64,000 nucleotides of DNA from Dehalococcoidia bacterium. Lineage in GTDB: Bacteria; Chloroflexota; Dehalococcoidia; Lucifugimonadales; UBA1127. Below the pieces are notes generated by a model that saw only the letters and a list, made by a program, of their open reading frames with translations, made no database searches and was not told the origin of the DNA. The translations under genes were made by a program, and so were the position numbers. The stretch is taken from contig OZ252225.1 of the NCBI GenBank assembly GCA_965249315.1, forward strand, positions 2,214,814 through 2,278,813, read 5' to 3'. Below are positions 55,653-64,000 of the stretch, piece by piece (the first letter of the stretch is position 1; the number at the start of each line of letters is the position of its first letter).

Positions 55653-56000
55653 GTGGACCTAGCGCTCGGCGCCGTACTAGCCCTGCTGGCCCTGGCGGTC
55701 GTTGTGCGACCCTTCCTGCGACCCTCCGCTGTCGATTCCGACGAGGCTCCAGCCGGTCATACCCAGGACGTCCGGTCCGAGCGGGAGGCGCTGTACCGGG
55801 AGATGGCGGCGCTGGAACTGGAACACGAGATGGGGCAGATAGACTCGCAGGAGTACGAGGAGCGGCTGCAGGAGCACCGGCTCAGCGCCGCGGTGTTGCT
55901 CCAGGAGCAGGAGGCCCACGAGGCAGAGGCGGCGTCCCTGGACAGGGCGCTGGAAGAGCGGATACGCGCGGCCCGTGAGTCGCGCGACAAGGCGCCATGA
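55653..56000 (+). CDS. Small TM protein with CcmI-N-terminal-like helical motif
   Basis: 115 aa with an N-terminal TM, then REALYREMAALELEHEMGQIDSQEYEERLQEHRL, resembling the CcmI N-terminal segment. Confidence 0.5.
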   Translation: MDLALGAVLALLALAVVVRPFLRPSAVDSDEAPAGHTQDVRSEREALYREMAALELEHEMGQIDSQEYEERLQEHRLSAAVLLQEQEAHEAEAASLDRALEERIRAARESRDKAP

Positions 56001-57226
56001 GCCGTCTGCTCCTCGTGGCGCTGCTTCTGGCGACGGCAGCGTTCGCCGCCCAGGGACAGGCGGAGGTATCTGCGCAGGCGCCGGGCACCCTCAGCGGCTG
56101 GATCCGCAACGGGACCGCGGATGCGCCGACACCCGGAGGGTTGGAAGTGGTGCTGCGGTACGTGGGCCCGGACGCGCAGGCGCACGACCTGGAAACGGTG
56201 ACTGCGGACGACGGGAGCTTTACCTTCGAGGGCCTGCCGGAGACCGATAGCGCCGCCTTCTTCCTGGGGGTCACCTACCAGGGGGTCTCCTACACCCTGG
56301 AGGGCGCAACTCCGGTGTCGCCGGAGGAGGTCCAGGTGCAGGTCTACGAGACCGTCGATACGCTGGAGGGGCTGCGACTCCTGGACACAAACCTGGTGGT
56401 CACGCAGGTGGACTCGCGGGAAGGCCGCCTGGCAGTCCTGGAGGCGGTGCGCTTGGAGAATTCAAGCGACCGTACCTTCGTCGTGCGTCCGCAGGAGGCG
56501 GTGTCGGCGGACCTCCTTTTCTTCCCCCTTCCTCCAGGGGCGTCGTCGCTGGACCTGGAGCCTCGCAACCTCCACTTCATCCAGATCGACGGGGGGTTCA
56601 TCCTGGCTAGCCCCGTGCCCCCCGGAGTCCACGAGCTGCTGTTCTCCTACACGGCGCCCTACGAGGGCGAGATCTGGACGCTCCCACGCGTCTTTCCGAT
56701 AGGCGCCACGGCGTTCCGACTCCTTCTGCCCGACGGTGTGGGAGACATCGAGGGCGAAGAGCTCGTCGCGCAAGGGCAGGACAGCGTCGGGCCGCTGCTC
56801 TACAACCGCTTCGAGGCGCCTGCGCAGGAGCGGGGGAGCAACATGGCGGTCACGGTGACCGGCCTACCGGGGCCGAGCCTGTGGCATCGGCTGCAGAACT
56901 GGGTCTCCGGGGAGGGGTTTCGCGTGGGGGTAATCCCCGCGGTCGCCGGGGCTGGGATGGCCGCGGCGCTGGGATATGCGCTGCTGCGGAGGCGACGCGA
57001 CCGGGCGGGGACCTCCGAGGCGGACGGCCCCACGTCTCAGGGGGAGTGGGACACGCTGATGGGAGACCTCGCGCGGCTGGAGGCGGACCACGAGGAGGGG
57101 AAGGTCGACGAGAGGGCGTACCGCGAGAGGCGGGGTGCGCTGAAGGGCCGGATGGCGGTCCTTGTGCAGGAGCAGGGCCCAGCAACCGCGCTCGAAGGGG
57201 GCGCTGAGGGCGGCCGGACGCCATGA
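55997..57226 (+). CDS. Secreted/anchored hypothetical protein (CarboxypepD_reg-like N-domain, C-terminal TM plus CcmI-like motif)
   Basis: A signal peptide, GWIRNGTAD...VTADDGSFTFEGLP, a late TM (VGVIPAVAGAGMAAALGYALL) and LARLEADHEEGKVDERAYRERRGAL. Confidence 0.6.
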   Translation: MSRLLLVALLLATAAFAAQGQAEVSAQAPGTLSGWIRNGTADAPTPGGLEVVLRYVGPDAQAHDLETVTADDGSFTFEGLPETDSAAFFLGVTYQGVSYTLEGATPVSPEEVQVQVYETVDTLEGLRLLDTNLVVTQVDSREGRLAVLEAVRLENSSDRTFVVRPQEAVSADLLFFPLPPGASSLDLEPRNLHFIQIDGGFILASPVPPGVHELLFSYTAPYEGEIWTLPRVFPIGATAFRLLLPDGVGDIEGEELVAQGQDSVGPLLYNRFEAPAQERGSNMAVTVTGLPGPSLWHRLQNWVSGEGFRVGVIPAVAGAGMAAALGYALLRRRRDRAGTSEADGPTSQGEWDTLMGDLARLEADHEEGKVDERAYRERRGALKGRMAVLVQEQGPATALEGGAEGGRTP

Positions 57227-57825
57227 ACGACCAGATCGAGCTTCGAGACCAAGAGGGGACGACGCCTTCGCGCAGGCGACTGCTGGTGGCGCTGGCGGTG
57301 TTCCTACCGCTTATGGCCCTGTTCGCCCTGCTAGCCTGGGCGCTGGTGGAATCAGGAGGCCAGCCCGCCGGGGTTGCCATCAACACGCAATTCGGGGAAG
57401 TGGCGATCGAGGAGGGGCCAGCGCGGGACTTCACCCTCACGCTCTTCGACGGAGAGAGCCTGAGCCTGTCTGAGCTTCGGGGCAAGGTGGTGCTCATCGA
57501 CTTCTGGACGTCGTGGTGCCCTCCCTGCCGGCGTGAGGCGCCAACGCTGGCAGAGGCCTACCGTCGCTTCCAGGGCAGGGGCGTGGAGTTCGTGGGCGTG
57601 GCCGTGTGGGACTCGGAGGAGCAGGCCTCGGGCTTCGTGCAGGAGCTGGGCGTGGAGTACCCCAATGGGCTGGACAGCAAGGGGACCATCGCCATCGACT
57701 ACGGACTAACGGGCATCCCGGAGAAGTACATCGTCGACCGGGAGGGCCGGCTGGTGCGCAAGTTCGCGGGGCCAATGGAGCTTGATCGTCTGGAGGCCCT
57801 GCTGATCGAGCTCACCCTTCCGTAG
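57223..57825 (+). CDS. Thiol:disulfide oxidoreductase, TlpA/ResA/CcmG family
   Basis: A membrane anchor plus the thioredoxin motif FWTSWCPPCRRE and GIPEKYIVD. Confidence 0.85.
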   Translation: MNDQIELRDQEGTTPSRRRLLVALAVFLPLMALFALLAWALVESGGQPAGVAINTQFGEVAIEEGPARDFTLTLFDGESLSLSELRGKVVLIDFWTSWCPPCRREAPTLAEAYRRFQGRGVEFVGVAVWDSEEQASGFVQELGVEYPNGLDSKGTIAIDYGLTGIPEKYIVDREGRLVRKFAGPMELDRLEALLIELTLP

Positions 57826-59299
57826 GGGACCCGTCCCTGCGCCGTCTGAGGCCCAGGGCCGGAAGGATGGCCACCAGGAGCAAGACCGCCGCACCGCGGA
57901 AGAAGTTCTGGAAGACGTCCAGCCCTGCCTGGCTGATCTGGCTTCGATATTCCTCCACTCGCTCCCTGTACCCCGCCGTGGACTCGCCCGCGGCCTGGAG
58001 CGGTAGGAGGACCCCTTCGGTCAGGCCCTGGAAGTGGCCGACGCCCCAGGACGAGAGGACCGCCACGCCCACGGCCATGCCCAGCATCCGGGCGACCACC
58101 ACGAGGGAGGCCGAGGTGGCGTGGTACTCGTCGCCTCCCTCCTCCATGGCGCTGAGGAAGAGGGGCGCGATGACAAGGCCAAAACCGAACCCTGTCAGCG
58201 CCAAGTGGAGGGACATGGACGGGTCTGCGATGTCCAAGTCCCACTGCCCCATGAAGTAGAGACCAAGGGCGGCTAGGGCCAGTCCGGGAACGGTGACGTT
58301 TCTGCTCCCCAGCCGGTGGGCCAGAAGACCGCCGATGATGGCGCCAAGGGGCAGCGCGGCCGTAAGGCGCATGAGGCGCAGCCCGCCCGCCAGGGGCTCC
58401 TGTCCGAGAACGGTGTTCGCCATGAGGGGCACGGTCACCATGGCGACGATGAGGCCCCCGCCGACGAGGAGCTTGGTCCCGAGGGCTGACAGTGCGGCCG
58501 GCGAACGGAAGAAGAGCCCCGGCAAGAGTGGCTGGACGGTTCGCCCCTCCACCCAGGCCATCGCCGCCAGCAGCAGGATGCCGAAGCAACCCAAAGCGTA
58601 GGGGGTTGGGGAGGAGCCTTCGAATACGTCGCTGCGTGAGAGGGCGATGAGGATGAAGGAGAGGCCTGCCACGAGAAGCGCACCGCCCATGTAATCGATC
58701 CGCCCCGGCTGGGGAGGCTGGCGAGGGATGAGCAGCACGGTCGGGAGGATGATGACGACCTGAGGGAGATTCAGCCAGAAGAGCCATCGCCAGCCCAGGG
58801 CCGCCTCGATTGCGCCGCCGTAGAGGGGGCCCAACACGACCCCCGCCTCCGCCGCCGCGCCGACGATGCCGATGGCCATGGCCCGCTGCGACGGCCTCAC
58901 CGCCCGGGTGGCGATGGCCATGCCGATGGGGACGGTGGCGCCACCGCCAAGCGCCTGAACGATGCGTGCGCCGACAAGCCACTCCAGACCGGACGCGGCC
59001 GCGACGAGCGCAGAGCCGACAGCGAAGAGGGCAAGGGCGACCATGAAGAGGCGTGCGTAGCCGTAGACGTCGGCCAGGCGGGCGATGAGGGGGATGGCCA
59101 CGGTGTATCCGAGGAGGTAGCCGGTGATGATCCAGGAGGCCCGGTCCAGCTCCCCAATCCCCACCTTGAGGTCGGTCATTATGGGGGGAAGTACTGTGAC
59201 GACGACGGTCTGGTCCAGGGCAGTGAAGAATACGCCGAGGCTGACGAGCAGCAGTGTCGCCGTGGGGCTGCGTCGCATGGCGGCTTGGAGGGCTGGCAT
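57812..59299 (-). CDS. MFS transporter, 14-TM DHA2-like
   Basis: 495 aa. LDQTVVVTVLPPI and the GYLLGYTVAIPLIARLADVYGY motif are typical of DHA2/EmrB-like MFS. Confidence 0.85.
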   Translation of the reverse strand: MPALQAAMRRSPTATLLLVSLGVFFTALDQTVVVTVLPPIMTDLKVGIGELDRASWIITGYLLGYTVAIPLIARLADVYGYARLFMVALALFAVGSALVAAASGLEWLVGARIVQALGGGATVPIGMAIATRAVRPSQRAMAIGIVGAAAEAGVVLGPLYGGAIEAALGWRWLFWLNLPQVVIILPTVLLIPRQPPQPGRIDYMGGALLVAGLSFILIALSRSDVFEGSSPTPYALGCFGILLLAAMAWVEGRTVQPLLPGLFFRSPAALSALGTKLLVGGGLIVAMVTVPLMANTVLGQEPLAGGLRLMRLTAALPLGAIIGGLLAHRLGSRNVTVPGLALAALGLYFMGQWDLDIADPSMSLHLALTGFGFGLVIAPLFLSAMEEGGDEYHATSASLVVVARMLGMAVGVAVLSSWGVGHFQGLTEGVLLPLQAAGESTAGYRERVEEYRSQISQAGLDVFQNFFRGAAVLLLVAILPALGLRRRRDGSPTEG

Positions 59300-59306
59300 C
59301 CGCAGC

Positions 59307-60014
59307 CTACTCGGGGACCGTCACGCTCACTGGCGAGTCGAAGGCCGAGAAATCCAGCACGCGGACCACGTTGGACACGTCGCCCTCTACGATGGCGTCG
59401 CTAAGCCGGACGCGCCGCACGAGACCATCGCCGTCCATCCAGAGCTCGATGTCGAGCATAGCGTCGACGGCGGCGCCGGGGATGAGAGTGGTGAGGTCGC
59501 TGCCGGACACCGTGCCGGTGATGCCCTGGGTGCTCACGCCGTCGATTTCCAGACCGGCGCCAAAGGCCGGTGAATCGACGGAGCGGACGATGCCGGCCAG
59601 GGTGGCCCCCAAGTCGCGGAAGTCGAAGGGCAGGTCCGAGGCCGGCAAGGTCTGCCAGGAGCGGCTGATAGGATCGGTCATGTACGCTTGGTCCCCGCTC
59701 ACCACGATGTTGATGCTCACGAAGAAGCCAAGGGCCTCAGCCTCCACCTCCACGTTGGCGCCGCCAGGTATGGCGACCTCCCCGGACACGGCGGTCGCTT
59801 CGACGCTCTCGAAGACTTGCGTCGTGCCCTCCTCGTGCGAGAGGCGGAAGGCGAGGGACGTAAGCGTTGCCATTCGGGCGGCTGCTGCTTCGAGGCGCTG
59901 CTCGGGGGTGGGCGTGGGCGTGGGAGTGGGGCCTTCAAGCGGAAGGTTGTCCCCACAGGAGGCCAGGGACAGGAGGGCCAGGACGAGGGTTGCCACTGTC
60001 GTGCGATGCACCAT
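59307..60014 (-). CDS. LppX/LprAFG-family-like lipoprotein
   Basis: Lipobox LLSLASCG in a 235-aa beta-rich protein. It sits immediately upstream of, and on the same strand as, the MFS gene, as in the LprG-P55 arrangement. Confidence 0.65.
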   Translation of the reverse strand: MVHRTTVATLVLALLSLASCGDNLPLEGPTPTPTPTPEQRLEAAAARMATLTSLAFRLSHEEGTTQVFESVEATAVSGEVAIPGGANVEVEAEALGFFVSINIVVSGDQAYMTDPISRSWQTLPASDLPFDFRDLGATLAGIVRSVDSPAFGAGLEIDGVSTQGITGTVSGSDLTTLIPGAAVDAMLDIELWMDGDGLVRRVRLSDAIVEGDVSNVVRVLDFSAFDSPVSVTVPE

Positions 60015-60079
60015 GGCTCCACCGCTCCAGAAGGTCGGGCGAGTCTATCGTACGCGACAGACGGGCTTCAAGCCAGGGG

Positions 60080-61039
60080 CTAGCGCTCCGAGGAGGCCGG
60101 CGCGGGCGAGGGACGACGGCGCAGGAAGGCCAGCCATTCGCCGCGCTCCCAGGTGATGAGAAGCTGGCTGGCGATGCCGATGGAGCTGTAGGTCCCCGTG
60201 ATGATGCCCACGAGCAGCGCCACCAGAAGGCTAAGAATGGTGCCTCCTCCCAACAGCAGCAGCGCCAGGATGACGAAGATGGTGGTGATGCTGGTGGTCA
60301 TGGACCGCCCCAGCGTCTCCATGATGCTGGTGTTGATGGTGGTGGCCAGATCGCGGGAGACCCGCCGGGCCGTGTTCTCTCGAATACGGTCGAAGACCAC
60401 GATGGTGTCGTGGACGCTGTAGCCGACAACGGTGAGGACGCCGGTGATGAACATGGCGTTGATCTCAAGGTTGAAGACCTTGCCAAGGATGGAGAAGATG
60501 CCGACGACGACCAGGACGTCGTGGACGGCCGCGAGGATGGCGGTGCTGCCCATGCGGAAGGAGTTCGGCACAAGCCGGAAGGACCAGCTGATGTAGATGA
60601 GGATGGCTGCGGCAGCGGCGAGGATGGCGAAGAAGGCGTTGCGCACGGTCTCCTGGGCCACGACCGCCGAGACTTCAGAGACCTCCATGGTCTCAATCGG
60701 GGACAGCTCTGCGAGGGCGGCCTCGATGATCTCGCGCTCGGACTCGCCCAGGGGCTGCCCGGAGGCGTCCCGGAGGACCTCCTCCAGGGTCGTAGTCCTG
60801 ATGAGGTAAGAGGTCCCTCCCAGCCCCTGGATGACTGCTTCCTCGTGTCCCAGATCGCCCAGGAGCGAGCGGATCTCCTCCTGCTCCACGGCCTCGGCGA
60901 AGGTGATTGAGATGGCCGAGCCGCCGGTGAACTCGATGCCTATTCGGAAGCTTGGGGGAACGACCATGGAGACGATACCGGCGCCAATGATGACCAGCGA
61001 TACGAGGAAGAACCAGCGACGCTTGCCGACAAAGTCCAT
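60080..61039 (-). CDS. secF: Protein translocase subunit SecF
   Basis: MDFVGKRRWFFLVSLVIIGAGIV, GIEFTGG and a VGYSVHDTIVVFDRIREN motif. I chose the ATG at 61039. Confidence 0.9.
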   Translation of the reverse strand: MDFVGKRRWFFLVSLVIIGAGIVSMVVPPSFRIGIEFTGGSAISITFAEAVEQEEIRSLLGDLGHEEAVIQGLGGTSYLIRTTTLEEVLRDASGQPLGESEREIIEAALAELSPIETMEVSEVSAVVAQETVRNAFFAILAAAAAILIYISWSFRLVPNSFRMGSTAILAAVHDVLVVVGIFSILGKVFNLEINAMFITGVLTVVGYSVHDTIVVFDRIRENTARRVSRDLATTINTSIMETLGRSMTTSITTIFVILALLLLGGGTILSLLVALLVGIITGTYSSIGIASQLLITWERGEWLAFLRRRPSPAPASSER

Positions 61040-61040
61040 G

Positions 61041-62405
61041 CTAGCTCCTCCCCCGGACAGGCGCCGTACCGGCCTGCTCCCGAATCCCTGCGACGGGGGT
61101 GTAGAGGGACACCAGGCGTCCCAGAGGCGTGACGGCGCTGATGCGCAGCAAGGTGCGGCTGATGAAGATGGCGCTGAACATGCTGGCTGCGACGCCGATG
61201 AACAGGGTGAGGGCAAAGCCGGTCACGAGGCTTGCGCCCAACCGCGAGCCGAACCAGAACAGGATGGCGCAGGTAATGAAAGTGGAGACGTTGCTGTCTC
61301 GGATGGACGGCCAGGCCCGGCTGAAGCCGGTCTCGGCTGCGCTCAGCAGGCTTCTGCCGCTGCGGAGCTCCTCCTTCATCCGCTCGAAGATGAGGATGTT
61401 GGCGTCTACGGCCATTCCGATGGAGAGGATGACTCCGGCGATGCCCGCCAGGGTGAGGGTCACGGGTATGAGCTTGAGGATGGCAATCACCAGCACGACG
61501 TAGCAGAAGAGGGCCAGGCTGGCTACAAGTCCGGAGACGCGATAGTAGGCGACCATGAAGAGAACAACCAGGGCCAAGCCTACGTAGCCGGCTACGAGGC
61601 TCTTGTCCAGAGCGTCCGCTCCAAGGGTAGCGTCCACGTCCTGCTCCTGGAGCACCTCAATGGGTATGGGAAGACGACCGGACTCGAGCTGAATCGAGAT
61701 GGTACGTACTCGGTCAAAGGTGAAGTCCCGCCCCTCGATGAAGGCCTGGCCTCCCAGGATGGCCTGCTGGGCCACGGGGGCAACAATCTCCTCATCGTCG
61801 AGGAAGATGGCGATGCGATTGTTGGTGCCTGCCAGGCGAGTCGTGACGTCGGCGAAGATCTGGGCGCCCCGCGAGTCGAACTCCAGGCGAACGATGGGCG
61901 CGCTGGTGGTCGGGTCGCGGTCGGCGAAGGCGCGGCGCAGGCGCTCGCCTGTGAGGCCCGTTTCGGCGTCGCTGAATTCCTCGCAGAGCAGGTCGTTGCA
62001 GGTCCGCTCCTTAAAATTGAGGACGGCCGTCTGGCCGATGAGCTTCTTCGCCTCCTCAATGTCGGCGACGCCGGGGAGCTGAATGAGAAGGCGGTTGCTG
62101 CCCATTATCTGGATGGAGGGCTCCGTGACGCCAAAGGCGTTGACTCGCGTTTCGATGATGCGGCGCACGCCCTCCATGTCGTCCGCGGAGGGGTCGGGCT
62201 TCTCCGGCGTGGCGACTGCCTGGTAGATCAGCTGCACGCCGCCCTGAAGGTCGAGCCCCAGACGCAGGCCCAGAGGGCCGGTGCCGGTCCTGTTGAAGTT
62301 GACCCCTGGCAGGTCGATGTCGATCGTGCGGAAGGCCAGGGCGGTGATGGAGACGCCCACCAAGACGAGGACCAAGAGGAGGCGTCGGAGGTCTGTCCTA
62401 GCCAT
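61041..62405 (-). CDS. secD: Protein translocase subunit SecD
   Basis: LGLDLQGG, GIAGVILSIGMAVDANILIFERMKEE and a 6-TM architecture. Confidence 0.9.
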   Translation of the reverse strand: MARTDLRRLLLVLVLVGVSITALAFRTIDIDLPGVNFNRTGTGPLGLRLGLDLQGGVQLIYQAVATPEKPDPSADDMEGVRRIIETRVNAFGVTEPSIQIMGSNRLLIQLPGVADIEEAKKLIGQTAVLNFKERTCNDLLCEEFSDAETGLTGERLRRAFADRDPTTSAPIVRLEFDSRGAQIFADVTTRLAGTNNRIAIFLDDEEIVAPVAQQAILGGQAFIEGRDFTFDRVRTISIQLESGRLPIPIEVLQEQDVDATLGADALDKSLVAGYVGLALVVLFMVAYYRVSGLVASLALFCYVVLVIAILKLIPVTLTLAGIAGVILSIGMAVDANILIFERMKEELRSGRSLLSAAETGFSRAWPSIRDSNVSTFITCAILFWFGSRLGASLVTGFALTLFIGVAASMFSAIFISRTLLRISAVTPLGRLVSLYTPVAGIREQAGTAPVRGRS

Positions 62406-63897
62406 GGTATCTTCCCACTGGCTCGCCGCCTACGTTCTGCAGCGTCCGCTCCACCAGCGCGAGGGCCTCCGCTCTGGTGGAGACTGCGCCGGTGGCCTGG
62501 GCCTCGCGCACCATCTCCAACAGGGGCCGGAAGCGGGGGCCCGGCTGCAGGCTGAAGACGCGCATGAGGTCGTTGCCGTCCAGGAGCCTTGGGGCCTGCC
62601 GGCGTTCGGCCTGGGGAGCGCTGTGCTGGAGCGCGTAGGCGACGCGTTCGCAATGCGCACCCCACTCGTCCAGCGGAAGGTCGGGGCCGCGGGCCGCGAG
62701 GAAGTCGGCAAGGCTCAGGTACAAGGTGTCCACCGCGTCGTCTTCCAACTCTCGGAAGAAGCGGTAGAGCGCCCGCGATGTGGGGACTTCGCCCTTCTGG
62801 GCGAGCTGGCTGGGGCGCAGATGGCTCTCCACAACTGTGTGGAGCGTGCGGACGCCACGGTTGCTGACGCGCAGGCGCTGCAGCAGGCCTTCCGTCATCT
62901 CGGCGCCCAAGGTGGTGTGACCAAGGAAGCGGACGCGACCGGAGGGCTCCGTTCGCTTGGTCTGGGGCTTGGCCACGTCGTGGAGGAGGCCGGCGAGCTT
63001 GAGCCACGTAGAACGAGGGTGGCCGTCGCTCAGGTCTTCGGCGAAGTGGTCGTCCAGCCACGGCTGCCAGGGGATGCTGCGGCCAGCTTCGTCCTGGGCG
63101 CGGAAATCGGGGTCGAGGACGCGCTCCACCATGGCAGCGGTCTGGAGGCTGTGGTTGAAGACGTCCCAGTGGTGCTCCACCGGCTGGGAGACGCCGCGGG
63201 CGGGAGAAAGCTCCGGGAAAGCGGCGTCCAGAAGCCCCAACCGGTCGAGCAGACCGAGATGGTCCAGCACTCCCGGCTGAGCGATGATGGCAAGGAGCTC
63301 GTCCCGTACCCTCTCGGGGGCCGCCGCAGAGAGGCTGGGAGCGGCCTCGGCGATGAGGATCTGCGTTTCGGGCTCTATGGCGAGGCCGAGCTGGGCCGCA
63401 AGGCGCACGGCGCGGAGACCGCGGACGGGGTCCGATGCGATGGCCTCGGGCCCCACAGCCCGAAGGACGCCGTCAGTGAGGTCCGTCTGTCCATGGAAGG
63501 GGTCGATGAGGCGCCACTCGGATGGTGACACGCCTGTCTGGGCCGCTGGCACCGCCAGGGCGTTGACCGTGAAGTCCCGGCGGGCCAGGTCGGCCTCGAT
63601 TTCGCCGTCCAGCGCCGATAGGTCAACGTGCCAGGTCTCGGGGGCGCCGTCCGGGGCCTCACCTCGGACGACGATGCGAAAGACCCGTTGCTGAGCGTCC
63701 AAGGGGACGAGGCGCCCATCCAGGTGCAGTGCGAGATCGCGGGCCAAGGACTGGTTGGCGTCCGGGACGGCAAGGTCGAGGTCCCTGCTGGGGCGACCCA
63801 ACAGGGTGTCGCGCACGAAGCCGCCCACCACGTAGGCGTCCAGGCCGCGGTCGGCGGCGTAGTTACGGAGCGCGTCTATCAACTGCTTCGAGCTCAT
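62398..63897 (-). CDS. cca: CCA-adding enzyme / poly(A) polymerase-family tRNA nucleotidyltransferase with HD domain
   Basis: YVVGGFVRDTLLGRPSRDLDL (head domain) and LLHDVAKP (HD). The start is either the ATG at 63897 or the GTG at 63930. Confidence 0.85.
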   Translation of the reverse strand: MSSKQLIDALRNYAADRGLDAYVVGGFVRDTLLGRPSRDLDLAVPDANQSLARDLALHLDGRLVPLDAQQRVFRIVVRGEAPDGAPETWHVDLSALDGEIEADLARRDFTVNALAVPAAQTGVSPSEWRLIDPFHGQTDLTDGVLRAVGPEAIASDPVRGLRAVRLAAQLGLAIEPETQILIAEAAPSLSAAAPERVRDELLAIIAQPGVLDHLGLLDRLGLLDAAFPELSPARGVSQPVEHHWDVFNHSLQTAAMVERVLDPDFRAQDEAGRSIPWQPWLDDHFAEDLSDGHPRSTWLKLAGLLHDVAKPQTKRTEPSGRVRFLGHTTLGAEMTEGLLQRLRVSNRGVRTLHTVVESHLRPSQLAQKGEVPTSRALYRFFRELEDDAVDTLYLSLADFLAARGPDLPLDEWGAHCERVAYALQHSAPQAERRQAPRLLDGNDLMRVFSLQPGPRFRPLLEMVREAQATGAVSTRAEALALVERTLQNVGGEPVGRYHG

Positions 63898-64000
63898 AAT
63901 AAGGGTAGAGGTGCGGACCAGAGTGGACACGCTATGGAGGGCTGGTCTCGGAGCTTGTTGACGGCTCCTCGGTGGGTTCCTCGTCGGAGAGCTTCCAGAT

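Noticed and set aside
63932-64000. C-terminal 22 codons of a minus-strand gene ending at TAG 63932-63934
   Set aside because: The frame is open to the window edge and may be a real upstream gene, but it is too short to identify, so I did not report it as a feature.

Overview
High-G+C bacterial chromosomal segment, by eye about two-thirds G+C. It is densely packed with housekeeping genes on both strands. I assigned products by reading motifs in the supplied translations; no database search was possible, so start codons are approximate. Phylum is a weak inference: the alternative complex III (ACIII) operon, the Alu-domain SRP RNA and leaderless-looking promoters suggest Chloroflexota/Thermomicrobia-like.

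Recognisable genes:
- Translation, protein folding and export: pepA (5' truncated), lepA, rsmA/ksgA, aspS, tig, clpP, efp, secD, secF, a CCA-adding enzyme, and a long SRP RNA.
- Biosynthesis and repair: galU, ispE, tag, xseA, xseB, aroQ, class-I DAHP synthase, hemH, hemE.
- Respiration: a complete-looking ACIII operon followed by ccmH, ccmF and a TlpA-type thioredoxin.
- Other: a metal-handling-looking membrane cluster, and an MFS transporter paired with an LprG-like lipoprotein.

What stands out:
1. An AT-richer islet between aroQ and aroG (about 28560-30760) carries two translationally coupled genes with no domain I can name. A convergent transcript of about 235 nt sits next to them, bounded by a near-consensus promoter and an intrinsic terminator. 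This is my best candidate for an undescribed defence- or toxin-antitoxin-like system.
2. An unlisted SelW/Rdx-like gene at 14695-14973 (minus strand) has an in-frame TGA inside a CxxU motif, which suggests selenocysteine.
3. A trp-type attenuator lies upstream of the DAHP synthase gene, with a Tyr-rich leader peptide (QYYYSYF) and mutually exclusive hairpins.
4. Two further AT-richer islets carry orphan nuclease-family genes: a DGQHR/DndB-like gene with a small membrane protein, and a GIY-YIG+DUF4357 gene.
5. A pervasive family of mosaic hairpin repeats fills almost every long intergenic region, including two tandem arrays of about 81-84 bp, and borders the islets.

Many long ORFs in the track are antisense or shadow ORFs typical of GC-rich DNA, and I rejected them.
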